A stretch of 64,000 nucleotides of DNA from an uncultured delta proteobacterium (GTDB taxonomy: Bacteria; Desulfobacterota; Binatia; UBA9968): the NCBI GenBank assembly GCA_963816145.1, contig CAWFJP010000009.1:64001-128000 (forward strand), in the 5' to 3' direction. Under the pieces are notes generated by a model. It saw nothing but the letters and a program-made list of their open reading frames with translations, ran no database searches and was not told the DNA's origin. The position numbers were made by a program, and so were the translations under genes. Positions 50,054-59,187 of this stretch are shown in pieces. How positions within the stretch are numbered: position 1 is the first letter of the stretch; each line of letters begins with the position of its first letter.

Positions 50054-50719
50054 TCAAGCATAGGTGTCGTATATCCCGTCGAACTTGTTGATCTTGAAGC
50101 GCACCATATTCTTCGCCGCGGCCCGAACCACTTCTTTGTCGCGATCGGTGATGGCGAACTTCGCCACGGTGTCGGCCGCCATGGCGGTGTGTTCCATATC
50201 GACTTTACCGTGAACCGTGAAGAATGTCCGCGCCCGAGCGTCGAGGCCATAGTGTTTCCCCAAGGCCTCATCGAATTCTTCGGAGTAGCGTTGCACCATG
50301 GTTTCATTGACCAGCGCGCCAACGCGGGTTTCTGCCGGCGCGCCGACGAGCATGCCGCGGACGATCGCTCCGGTATGGGCGACGCATTCAAAAATCATGA
50401 TGCCGTCGTCGAAGTCGGCGTCGGTGAGCCCCATGGCCAAACCGAAGCGTCGCATGAGACCGGGATGAGATTGCTCCTCGGTGAACAGCTCGATGAACTG
50501 CTCGTACATGGCCTGGTTGTTGGCGTTGCGGACCATCGAAAAGGCCAGTCCTTTGTTGATCACGTGGTTCGACAAGTAGTGCTGGACGGCAAAGCCTTGC
50601 AGCCGTTTCTTCGACAACTTGCCGGCGCGCAGCTCGGTGAAGAAGCGCGTGTTCATCAACTGATCCACGCCTGGGCGGATGATTTCCTTGAGAACCGATT
50701 CGACGAATGGGTTGGACAT
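50054..50719 (-). CDS. Heme-oxygenase-like (TenA/PqqC/CADD superfamily) iron-containing redox enzyme
   Basis: RFFTELRAGKL, EEQSH, VNE, FFTVHGKVDMEH (HxxxDxxH). Confidence 0.8.
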   Translation of the reverse strand: MSNPFVESVLKEIIRPGVDQLMNTRFFTELRAGKLSKKRLQGFAVQHYLSNHVINKGLAFSMVRNANNQAMYEQFIELFTEEQSHPGLMRRFGLAMGLTDADFDDGIMIFECVAHTGAIVRGMLVGAPAETRVGALVNETMVQRYSEEFDEALGKHYGLDARARTFFTVHGKVDMEHTAMAADTVAKFAITDRDKEVVRAAAKNMVRFKINKFDGIYDTYA

Positions 50720-50851
50720 AAGCGTTCCCCTCGTTAAATATTTTGTATGCAAACACTGGCAGAGGGAGGGATGAACTGTCAAGCCGGGCAGAATTGGTTT
50801 GACAGAGAACTGTGCGGCGACTAAACGTTAGAACGTTGTCTGGATGTGGAT

Positions 50852-51694
50852 ATGCCAATCGCAAAGTTGGCCGGCCTACAAATCTATTACGAAACGCAGG
50901 GTAGCGGCGAGCCCGTGCTGCTCGCGCCGGCGTCCTGGTGGCCGTCCGATACTTGGAACGTCGGTGTCGTGCCGTTTCTATCGAAGCGTTTCAAAACCAT
51001 CGTTTTTGACTGCCGCGGCACCGGTCGAAGCAGCCAGCCGAAGGACGGTTACACGGTGGCGCAGTTCGCGCAGGATTGCCTTGGCTTGTTAGCGCACCTC
51101 GGCATATCGCGTTGCCACGCCGTTGGCTTTGCGCTCGGTGGGCAGATGATGCAAGCCATGGCGATCGAGCGGCCCGATGTGGTTGCTACGCTGACCATCG
51201 CCGCATCGGGGGCAGGCACGAAGACGCTTGCAGGCGGGCAAAGAAGTTTGTCGCCGGACACGGAACGGGAAATTCGCGTGATCGGTTTCGAGCGCTACAT
51301 TCGCAACTATATCGAGAACGACACCATGGCATTCAATCCGCAATTCTACCGCGGGCACGGCGAGGTAGTGGCGGCGTTGGCGGATGCGGTGTGGTCGGGC
51401 CAGAGCACCGTGGAATTGTTTCGCCGCCATGAAGACGCGCGGCTTACTTGGGACACATTGGGAAAGGCGGTCGAAGTCAAAGTGCCGACGCTGATTCTAT
51501 GCGGTGCGGACGATGATGTGGCGCGCCGCGGCAGCACGCCGGTGGGCACGGCCAAGCGCCTCGCCGAACTGACAGCGGGCAGTGAATTGTTTCTAATTCC
51601 TAATACCAAGCATATGACGTTCTGGGAGGGCAGCGGTGGGCTGATTGCGTTGGAAGATTTCTTCTTGCGTCATCCGATTGGCACTCAGCGATAA
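50852..51694 (+). CDS. Alpha/beta-hydrolase-fold protein lacking nucleophile (GFALGG), paralog 1
   Basis: IYYETQGSGEPV, FDCRGTGRS, GFALGG, VPTLILCGADD, KHMTFW. Confidence 0.85.
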   Translation: MPIAKLAGLQIYYETQGSGEPVLLAPASWWPSDTWNVGVVPFLSKRFKTIVFDCRGTGRSSQPKDGYTVAQFAQDCLGLLAHLGISRCHAVGFALGGQMMQAMAIERPDVVATLTIAASGAGTKTLAGGQRSLSPDTEREIRVIGFERYIRNYIENDTMAFNPQFYRGHGEVVAALADAVWSGQSTVELFRRHEDARLTWDTLGKAVEVKVPTLILCGADDDVARRGSTPVGTAKRLAELTAGSELFLIPNTKHMTFWEGSGGLIALEDFFLRHPIGTQR

Positions 51695-51738
51695 CATTTC
51701 GTTTGAGATCGAAGTGGCTCTCGCGCTACAAACTAAGA

Positions 51739-51856
51739 AGGGCGACCGACCGGTCGCCCCTACGGCGGAATCGGATATTTAACCGCAGAGTACGCAAAGT
51801 ACGCAAAATAAATCCGACGATGAAATTCCGAGGTAGGGGCGTATGGCATACGCCCT
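51739..51856. repeat. Inverted pair of GTAG-type REP palindromes
   Basis: AGGGCGACCGACCGGTCGCCCCTAC (51739-51763) and GTAGGGGCGTATGGCATACGCCCT (51833-51856); third copy at 57123. Confidence 0.75.
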
Positions 51857-51947
51857 GGTGGGTGGAGCAGCGGTCCAGTGGCTTGATGATTCACGATGGC
51901 ACGACATGTTTAAAGTTTTGCGAAATGAACGACTGGTGAGGTGAACG

Positions 51948-52787
51948 ATGCCGAAGGCGGATTTAGGCGATGTGACGATTTACTACGAAAGCCAGGGTGC
52001 CGGTGACACGGTCCTGCTCTGCCCGCCGTCCTGGTGGCCTTGCGATACTTGGAATGTCGGTGTGGTGCCGTTTCTTGCCAAGAAGTTTCGCACGATCATT
52101 TTCGACTGCCGCGGCACCGGTAATTCCAGCAAGCCCGACCATGGCTACACCATCGAGCAGTTCGCCAAGGATTGCGCCGGCCTGTTGGAGTTTCTAAAAA
52201 TTTCGCGTTGCCACGCCGCTGGTTTCGCGCTTGGCGGTCAGATCGCCCAAGCTCTGGCGATTCAGCGCCCCGATCTGGTCGCGACCTTGACCATTGCCGC
52301 TGCCGGTGCGGGGGCGAAGGCGACCGACGGCGGGCCGCGGGTGGTGCGAAATACCGACGAAGAGGAGATTCGCGAGCATGGCTTCGAGAAGTTCATCCGC
52401 GGCCATATCGAGAACACCCATATGGCGTTCGACGACAAGTTCTTTGGGGCGCATCGGGACGTCGTCAAAGCCCTGTCCGATGCGTTGTGGAAACGGCAAA
52501 CCAGTCCGGAACAGCATCGCTATCATTTCGAGGCCCGGCGCACTTGGGATACTTTGGGCAACGCGCCCAAGGTGACGGTTCCGGCCTTGATCCTGTGCGG
52601 CGCCGGCGACGATGTGAACCGCGGCGGCAGTACGCCGGTGGGCACGGCGCGCAAGTTAGCCGAATTGGTTCCAGGTTGCGAGCTTGCATTGGTGCCCAAC
52701 GTCAAGCATATGACCTTTTGGGATGGCGATGGGGCGCTGCACGCGCTAGAAGAATTTTTGTTGCGCCATTCGATCGGTGGCATTTAG
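51948..52787 (+). CDS. Alpha/beta-hydrolase-fold protein lacking nucleophile (GFALGG), paralog 2
   Basis: PPSWWP, FDCRGTG, GFALGG, LCGAGDD, KHMTFW. Confidence 0.85.
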   Translation: MPKADLGDVTIYYESQGAGDTVLLCPPSWWPCDTWNVGVVPFLAKKFRTIIFDCRGTGNSSKPDHGYTIEQFAKDCAGLLEFLKISRCHAAGFALGGQIAQALAIQRPDLVATLTIAAAGAGAKATDGGPRVVRNTDEEEIREHGFEKFIRGHIENTHMAFDDKFFGAHRDVVKALSDALWKRQTSPEQHRYHFEARRTWDTLGNAPKVTVPALILCGAGDDVNRGGSTPVGTARKLAELVPGCELALVPNVKHMTFWDGDGALHALEEFLLRHSIGGI

Positions 52788-52850
52788 TTCCGGAAACCGT
52801 TGAACCTTGAAACCTTGAACTTTGAACCAGCGCGATTCAGGAGATTCAAA

Positions 52851-53901
52851 ATGAAGCAGACTCCAGATTATTGGGAACGGTTGTTTTGCTATTGCGGTGA
52901 TCTTGTTGTTGACCAGCGCTGCCGGAGCTCAGCAGGACAAAGCCGCAATCGATAAGCTATACAATGCGGCGAAGAAAGAAGGCAGGGTGGTGATCTGGGG
53001 ACCCACCGACGGGATTGTTTATGAGAAGATGCAGGAATTGCTCGACAAACAGTATCCGGGTATCAAGATCGAGTCCTTTGAGAGCATTCCCGAACCGCTG
53101 GTGCAGCGCATCATCGCCGAGAACCAGGCGGGCAAGCCGGCGGCGGTCGATATTATCCAGTCCGGCTCGCTGCGCGCGCTGCGGCCGTTGATCGATCGCG
53201 ACCTGTTGGCGTCCTATCCAGGGTGGGAAAAAGAATTTGGTTTAGACGCTGTGTACGCCAACCACCGATTCGTCGGCGCCTATAATCTAGCTCTACCGAT
53301 CGCTTACAACTCAAAAGCAGTCAGCGCCAAGGACGCGCCGAAAAGCTGGGAAGATCTCGCCGAGGCGAAGTGGAAGGGCAAGAAAATAATTATCGAGGCC
53401 CGGTTGGTGCCGTTCGCCATGCTCGGCACGGAGTGGGGTAAGGAAAAGGCGATGGATTTGGTCAAAAGAATTCTTGCCCAGCAGCCGCTCATCGTGCAAG
53501 GCGGCACGACCGTCGCCAATGCGCTCGCCGGCGGTCAAGTGTCGATCGCCGTCGGCACCTATGCTTTTACGATCGAGGGCCTGAAAAAGCGCGGCGCATC
53601 GGTGGACTGGATCGGACCTTCGCCGCTACCCGTGCTGACCTCGGCAGAGGGCGTTCTCAAGACCGCGCCCCATCCTAACGCAGGGCGTTTCTTTGCCGGT
53701 TGGATGGGCACCGCCGAGGCGCAGAAGATTCGCTACTCGATTCGAGGACAATCCATGGAGGTCGGGAAAAACGCCATCGGCAACGTGGCCGATCGGATCA
53801 GGAGCGAGAAACCGGCGGTCATCTTGGAAACCGAAAAGACTTTTGCCGGTATTTTGGAGATTCAACGAGAAATGGGCAAGTTGCTCGGCGCGCTCAGGTG
53901 A
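52851..53901 (+). CDS. ABC solute-binding protein, Fe3+/thiamine/AfuA-like (probable +1 frameshift near 52857)
   Basis: AAKKEGRVVIW, IAYNS, PKSWEDL, APHPNAG. The AGGAG RBS and ATG 52851 join the ORF if one base is removed (MKRLQIIG...). Confidence 0.82.
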
Positions 53902-54079
53902 AAACGGCGTGATGCTAACCCGAGGATATTACTCGTCGCTAGCGGGTTCTTCGTGGACCTAAACCGTGGCGCGGGATCTTGCATGGGGCCGAGATTCTTT
54001 GCCGGCGGCTCAGACTGATACAAGAACGAGGAAGCCCGCCGCGACCGAGCCCGGCGACCATTAATCAATCGTATCGTCA

Positions 54080-55858
54080 ATGAATTTTACGCCCACCACG
54101 ATCGCCGAGAGCGTGAAGCTGAGACCTTGGTCTTCGGTTGGGAAATTATCGTTTCGCGCCCTCACCCTCGGCTTGACGATCGGTGTCGTTTCTTATCTCG
54201 TTCTTGTGCCGCTGTTCATGTTGCTCTACGCCAGCGTCAAGAGCACCGAAGACAAGCTGCCTTTCGAGTCGACGGTCATCACGCTATCCAATTACGCCGC
54301 CGTGCTAACCAGCCCGGCGACGCTGCCGATTTTTCTCAACACGATGCTATTCACCGTGGGCTCTTTGGCGGTGGGCCTGCCGCTGGCGATCTTATTGGCT
54401 TGGTTATGCGAACGCACGGCGATTCCTGGGCGCAGCTGGATTGCCGCATTGATACTGGTGCCGATGACGATCCCTTCGTTGCTTTCGGCGATCGCCTGGA
54501 TCCAGCTGCTCGATCCACGCAATGGGCTTATCAACGTTGTGCTCCGCGGTGTGTTCGGCGTGGCGTCGGACATCGGCCCTTTCGATATCTATACGATTTA
54601 CGGTATGTGTTTTGTGCAGGGGCTGCGGCTGGTGCCGTCGGCCTATCTGATGATCGCGGCGTCGTTTCGCGCCATGGACCCGTCCTTGGAAGAGCAGAGC
54701 GCCATGGCCGGACGCGGAGTCGCCCAGACCACCATGCGCGTGACCTTGCCGATCATGCGGCCGGCGCTGCTCGCCGCGCTGATTTATTTCATTATCGTTG
54801 TCATCGAATCCTTCGATATTCCCGGCCTGCTCGGTTTTACCGCGCGCATTCGCGTGCTCAGCACGGCAATTTATTGGGCGACCCATTCCGAAGTCGGGCT
54901 TCCCGATTACGGGTTGGCGTCGGCGCTCGGAACGATTATTCTTTTTGCGGCGCTGCTGCTCATGTGGGGCTATCAGCGCTTGACCGCGCATCAGGAGCGC
55001 TTCGCCACGATCACCGGCAAGGGCTATCGACCGCGTCAAGTCGCTCTCGGTATCTGGTCGGCGCCGGCCGCTGGCTTCTGCACAGTCTATGTCTTGATCG
55101 CGGTGTTATTGCCGTTTCTCATGTTGCTGTGGACCAGCGTGCAGCCGTTTTATTCCACCCCATCGGTGGATTCGCTGGCGCGAGTGAGCTTTGAAGGCTA
55201 CGCCAATATCTGGAATGACGGCAGTGTCGTGCGCGCCATCTGGAATACCGCGCAGCTTGCGGTGATTACTTCGGTAGCGACTATCGTGCTCGCTTTGCTG
55301 GTCAGTTGGTTCGTGGTGCGGCGCCGGCGCGGCGACAACGGCGTGGCCAATTATTTAGCGACGGTATCGTTTTTGCCGCAGTGCGTGCCGAGCATCGTCA
55401 TCGGCTTGGCGTTTATCTTCGTCTATGTGCGGTTCCCGATCCCAATCTACGGCACGCTGTGGATCATTGCTTTGGCGATGACCACGCGCTATCTCGCTTA
55501 CAGTTCGCGGGCGACCACTTCGGCGCTCATGCAGGTTCACGGCGAGCTCGAAGAGGCGTCGCAAATGGCCGGCGCGCCGTGGACGCGCACCATCCGGCGG
55601 ATCACCGTGCCGCTTTTGGCTCCGGCATTGATCAATGTGTTTTTCTGGGTCGCGGTGCACGCGATGCAGGAGCTGTCGATGGCCTTGATGCTTTACAATC
55701 CGGACACGGTGGTGGTGTCGACGATGATCTGGAGCATGTGGCAGAACGGCCGAACCGCCGACGCGGCGGTGCTCGGGGTCCTGCTCACCCTGCTATCCGC
55801 GGTGTTGCTGCTTGGCGGCTACCTGGTTTCGCGCTTGCGGCGGCAAGCGGATACCTGA
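54080..55858 (+). CDS. ABC transporter permease, two fused TM domains (FbpB/ThiP-like)
   Basis: Two EAA loops: MDPSLEEQSAMAG and HGELEEASQMAGA; TITGKGYRP linker. Confidence 0.92.
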   Translation: MNFTPTTIAESVKLRPWSSVGKLSFRALTLGLTIGVVSYLVLVPLFMLLYASVKSTEDKLPFESTVITLSNYAAVLTSPATLPIFLNTMLFTVGSLAVGLPLAILLAWLCERTAIPGRSWIAALILVPMTIPSLLSAIAWIQLLDPRNGLINVVLRGVFGVASDIGPFDIYTIYGMCFVQGLRLVPSAYLMIAASFRAMDPSLEEQSAMAGRGVAQTTMRVTLPIMRPALLAALIYFIIVVIESFDIPGLLGFTARIRVLSTAIYWATHSEVGLPDYGLASALGTIILFAALLLMWGYQRLTAHQERFATITGKGYRPRQVALGIWSAPAAGFCTVYVLIAVLLPFLMLLWTSVQPFYSTPSVDSLARVSFEGYANIWNDGSVVRAIWNTAQLAVITSVATIVLALLVSWFVVRRRRGDNGVANYLATVSFLPQCVPSIVIGLAFIFVYVRFPIPIYGTLWIIALAMTTRYLAYSSRATTSALMQVHGELEEASQMAGAPWTRTIRRITVPLLAPALINVFFWVAVHAMQELSMALMLYNPDTVVVSTMIWSMWQNGRTADAAVLGVLLTLLSAVLLLGGYLVSRLRRQADT

Positions 55859-55970
55859 CGTGATTCGATCGAGTGGGACTGGGGAAATCGCGTTCGTAAT
55901 CGTGGACGTGTTGGCGTTGAACATGCTCATGTGACAGGAACTTGATTCCCAACTGAAGCTAGGATCGATT

Positions 55971-57065
55971 GTGATAATCGTTAAAGACTTGGTCAAATCC
56001 TTCCCCGGCGCGAAGGGTGAGGTGCGCGCCCTCAACGGCGTCTCTTTCGCAGTTGGCAAGGGCGAATTGTTTACGCTCCTCGGACCAAGCGGCTGCGGTA
56101 AAACGACGACGCTACGCTGCATCGCCGGGCTCGAACAACCGGTAGCCGGCGAGATCGTAATCAACGACCGCGCCGTGTATCGCGCCGCTGACGGCACCTT
56201 TGTGCCGCCGGAGCGACGCGAGATCGGCATGGTGTTCCAATCCTATGCGATCTGGCCGCATATGACCGTGTTTAAAAACGTCGCTTATCCGCTGGCGGGC
56301 GGCAACGGCCGCGATGACGTCAACCAGCGCGTCGGCGCTGTACTCGAACGGCTGAGCCTGGGAAGTTTAGCCGACCGGCTGGCGCCCAATCTGAGCGGCG
56401 GCCAACAACAGCGCGTCGCCCTGGCGCGGGCGCTCGTGGCGCAGCCCCAGGTGCTGCTGCTCGACGAACCGCTTAGCAACCTCGACGCCAAATTGCGCGA
56501 GCAGATGCGCTTCGAATTGAAGTCGTTGCAAGAGTCCTTCGGCATTACCACGGTGTACGTAACCCACGATCAGGAAGAAGCGCTGGCATTGTCCGATCGC
56601 ATCGGGCTGATGCATGAGGGCGCGCTCTTGGAAGTCGGCAGCCCGAGCGACCTCTATATCCGTCCGGCACACCGGATCACCGCCGACTTTCTTGGCACGG
56701 CGAATTTTATCGCCGCTCAGGTCGAAAAGCCGGGAAGCGAGGCTTGGGATGAAATGTTGATTGCGACGCCGATGGGCAAATTCGCCGCGCGGCGCAGTGT
56801 CGAATGGCAGCCAGGCATGGCGGCGGAGCTGTTTTTTCGACCGGAGAGCATCGAGCTGTTGGATGGCAATAGGTCCGGCGGGGAGGCGAATTGCGGTTTA
56901 GCCCAGGTTGAGCGCGTGACTTTTCTCGGCAACTCGGCGGATGTGATATTGCGCAGCGGCGAAGTGCGCATTCGCTTGCGCGCCCATCCGGCGCGGATTC
57001 CCAGCGTCGGTACGAAGGTGAGCTTTTCAGTTCCGGCGGAGTCGTGCATCGTGTTTCCGGCGTGA
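55971..57065 (+). CDS. ABC transporter ATP-binding protein (FbpC/PotA-like)
   Basis: GPSGCGKT, VFQSYAIWPHM, LSGGQQQ, LLLDEPLSNLD, VTHDQEEA, TOBE-like C-terminus. Confidence 0.95.
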   Translation: MIIVKDLVKSFPGAKGEVRALNGVSFAVGKGELFTLLGPSGCGKTTTLRCIAGLEQPVAGEIVINDRAVYRAADGTFVPPERREIGMVFQSYAIWPHMTVFKNVAYPLAGGNGRDDVNQRVGAVLERLSLGSLADRLAPNLSGGQQQRVALARALVAQPQVLLLDEPLSNLDAKLREQMRFELKSLQESFGITTVYVTHDQEEALALSDRIGLMHEGALLEVGSPSDLYIRPAHRITADFLGTANFIAAQVEKPGSEAWDEMLIATPMGKFAARRSVEWQPGMAAELFFRPESIELLDGNRSGGEANCGLAQVERVTFLGNSADVILRSGEVRIRLRAHPARIPSVGTKVSFSVPAESCIVFPA

Positions 57066-57122
57066 GATGTAAATCTTTTTCCTCGCCCAGTCCGATGGAA
57101 TCGGGAAGCGCGAGTGATCATA

Positions 57123-57145
57123 TAGGGGCGACCGGCGGTCGCCCT
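57123..57145. repeat. GTAG-type REP palindrome
   Basis: TAGGGGCGACCGGCGGTCGCCCT. Confidence 0.7.
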
Positions 57146-57189
57146 CTTTGGGCTTGTTTGGACTAGGAGATCTTGATGAGGAATGGATC

Positions 57190-58137
57190 ATGAACAATGC
57201 AGCTGTTTCAATAAACAACCATCAGGCCAATCGAATCGAATGGCAGCTTTACACAAAGATGTTGACCACCCGCGTTTTCGAAGAAGCGCTGGTGCGTTGG
57301 GAACATGAGGGGAAACACTCGGCGCAGACCTTTCCGAGCAAGGGACAAGAAGCGATCGCCATCGGCACTTGCCTGGCCTTGGAAAGAGGCGACGACGTGC
57401 TGCCATCGTTTCGCACCCGCGGCGCGATGATCGCCATGGGAATCAGTCTCGATGAGCAGCTCCGCGAGTTTCTACACACGCCGCTAGCTGCCGGCGATTC
57501 GCGCGACGCGCCGCATCATGCGTCATGGCCGGAACGCGGCGTGCTGCCCGGTTCGACCATGATCGGCGGCCATCTGGCGATGGCCGCGGGTGTCGCGCTG
57601 GCCAATCAATGCGATCGCGCCAATAACGTCAGCGTGGCCTTCTTCGGTGATGGCACTTTGGGTTCCGGCGACCTGCATGAGACCATGCATATCGCCGGCG
57701 CCTGGAATCTGCCATTGATCCTGGTCTGCGAGAACAACGGTTGGGAGATGGCGACGCCCTGGCCCAAGGTGCGCAAGCAGCGTTCGTTAATCCCCTATGC
57801 CGCGCCTTTCGGCCTCGCGACCCGTCAGGTCGACGGCAACGATGCTTTGGACGTCTATCACGCGGCGCGCTGGGCGCGTTCGACGGCATTGAAGGGCCAG
57901 CCGGCGTTTCTCGATTGTCTGACTTTTCGCGTCGGCTTGTATAGCTCGCATTTCGGCGAAGTTCGGACCGGCATCGAGAACGATTTAGCCGACGCGGCCA
58001 AACGCGACCCGTTGAAGCGCTTAGGCGATTGGCTGATCGACAACGGGCTGGCGACGGCAGGTGCACTCGAGCAGTTGCAGCACGATGAAGAGCAGCTGGT
58101 TGAAGCGGCATTCAATATCGTTAGGGGTGAAGGGTAA
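57190..58137 (+). CDS. TPP-dependent dehydrogenase E1 alpha-like subunit (divergent)
   Basis: GQEA, TPP motif FFGDG...CENNGW, VDGND, RDPL. Confidence 0.88.
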   Translation: MNNAAVSINNHQANRIEWQLYTKMLTTRVFEEALVRWEHEGKHSAQTFPSKGQEAIAIGTCLALERGDDVLPSFRTRGAMIAMGISLDEQLREFLHTPLAAGDSRDAPHHASWPERGVLPGSTMIGGHLAMAAGVALANQCDRANNVSVAFFGDGTLGSGDLHETMHIAGAWNLPLILVCENNGWEMATPWPKVRKQRSLIPYAAPFGLATRQVDGNDALDVYHAARWARSTALKGQPAFLDCLTFRVGLYSSHFGEVRTGIENDLADAAKRDPLKRLGDWLIDNGLATAGALEQLQHDEEQLVEAAFNIVRGEG

Positions 58138-58193
58138 AGGGTCAGGCGTCCTGAATCCGGAATCGCCTAACCCCCTGACACCTTACCCCTTAC
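58120..58193. repeat. Inverted heptamer-type repeat overlapping the E1 alpha stop
   Basis: TTAGGGG TGAAGGG TAAAGGG TCAGGCG ... GCCTAACCCCCTGACACCTTACCCCTTAC. Confidence 0.7.
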
Positions 58194-58213
58194 GGGTTCA
58201 TGGAGCGATGAAG

Positions 58214-59167
58214 ATGTCCACAATGAATTACCGCGATGCGGTCGGCAAAGCACTACAAGATTCGATGCGCGAAGATAGCCGGCTGATCGTCATCGGCCAG
58301 AATCTCGCGGCTCATGCTCTGAAGCCGCTGGCTGAGACATATGGATTGGATCGGGTGCGCGATTCGGCGATAAGCGAGAGCGCTATGGTCGGCATGGCGG
58401 TGGGCGCGGCGATGAAGGGAATGAAGGCGGTGGTGATGATCGCCTACGCCGACATCGCCTCGGTTTGCCATATGGCGATCGTCCAGAGCGCGGCGAAGCT
58501 GCACTATTTAACCAATGGCCGCTTGCGCTGTCCGATCATTATTCGTTTGCCGATCGCGCGCTTTCGCGGTCATGGCCCGGAGGGCAACGAGGTCGGCGCG
58601 TCGTGGTTCTATAACGTGCCAGATTTGAATATCGCCATGCCCGGTTCGGCAAGTGAAGCGTACTGGAGCTTTCGCGACGCTCTGACCCGGCCGACGCCGA
58701 CGTTGTTTTTCGAGGATCGCTCGATCCATTTGCGCAGCGGCGCGGTGGCGGAAACCAACCCTGGCGGCAAAGCGCAAATCACCCGCACTGGCGACAAGTT
58801 GACGATCGTCGCCGCCGGCCGCACCGCGGCGCTGGCCGAAGACGCCGCCGACGAATTGGCGAAACAAGGCGAGCGTGACGCGGTCGAGGTGGTCAGCTTG
58901 GGATTTATCAAGCCGTTGGATAGCGACACGGTGCTCAAGGCCGCGAGCAAGACCGGTCGCGTCTTGATCATCCAGGACGAACCCGAATGGGCCGGCTATG
59001 CGCCCTATGTGCGTTTCGTGCTCGACCGCTTGCCGGCGGGTAAACTCGCGCTCGCGCCCCGTTTGTTGGTCGGCGTCGATCAGTATTTGCCCTATTGGGA
59101 TGAGCGGCCGTTCGTGCCGTCGCTGGATAGCGTCGTCGCTGCGGCGAAGGATTTACTAAAACAATAA
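58214..59167 (+). CDS. TPP-dependent dehydrogenase E1 beta-like subunit (divergent)
   Basis: YRDAV, RVRDSAISESAMVGMAVGAA, TLFFED, KPLD...SKTGRVLII. Confidence 0.88.
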   Translation: MSTMNYRDAVGKALQDSMREDSRLIVIGQNLAAHALKPLAETYGLDRVRDSAISESAMVGMAVGAAMKGMKAVVMIAYADIASVCHMAIVQSAAKLHYLTNGRLRCPIIIRLPIARFRGHGPEGNEVGASWFYNVPDLNIAMPGSASEAYWSFRDALTRPTPTLFFEDRSIHLRSGAVAETNPGGKAQITRTGDKLTIVAAGRTAALAEDAADELAKQGERDAVEVVSLGFIKPLDSDTVLKAASKTGRVLIIQDEPEWAGYAPYVRFVLDRLPAGKLALAPRLLVGVDQYLPYWDERPFVPSLDSVVAAAKDLLKQ

Positions 59168-59187
59168 CGACGACTGCGGGTGCAAAG

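Noticed and set aside
57190-59167. pdhA/pdhB or acoA/acoB gene symbols
   Set aside because: Active-site loops diverge and there is no E2/E3, so the specific function is unsupported.
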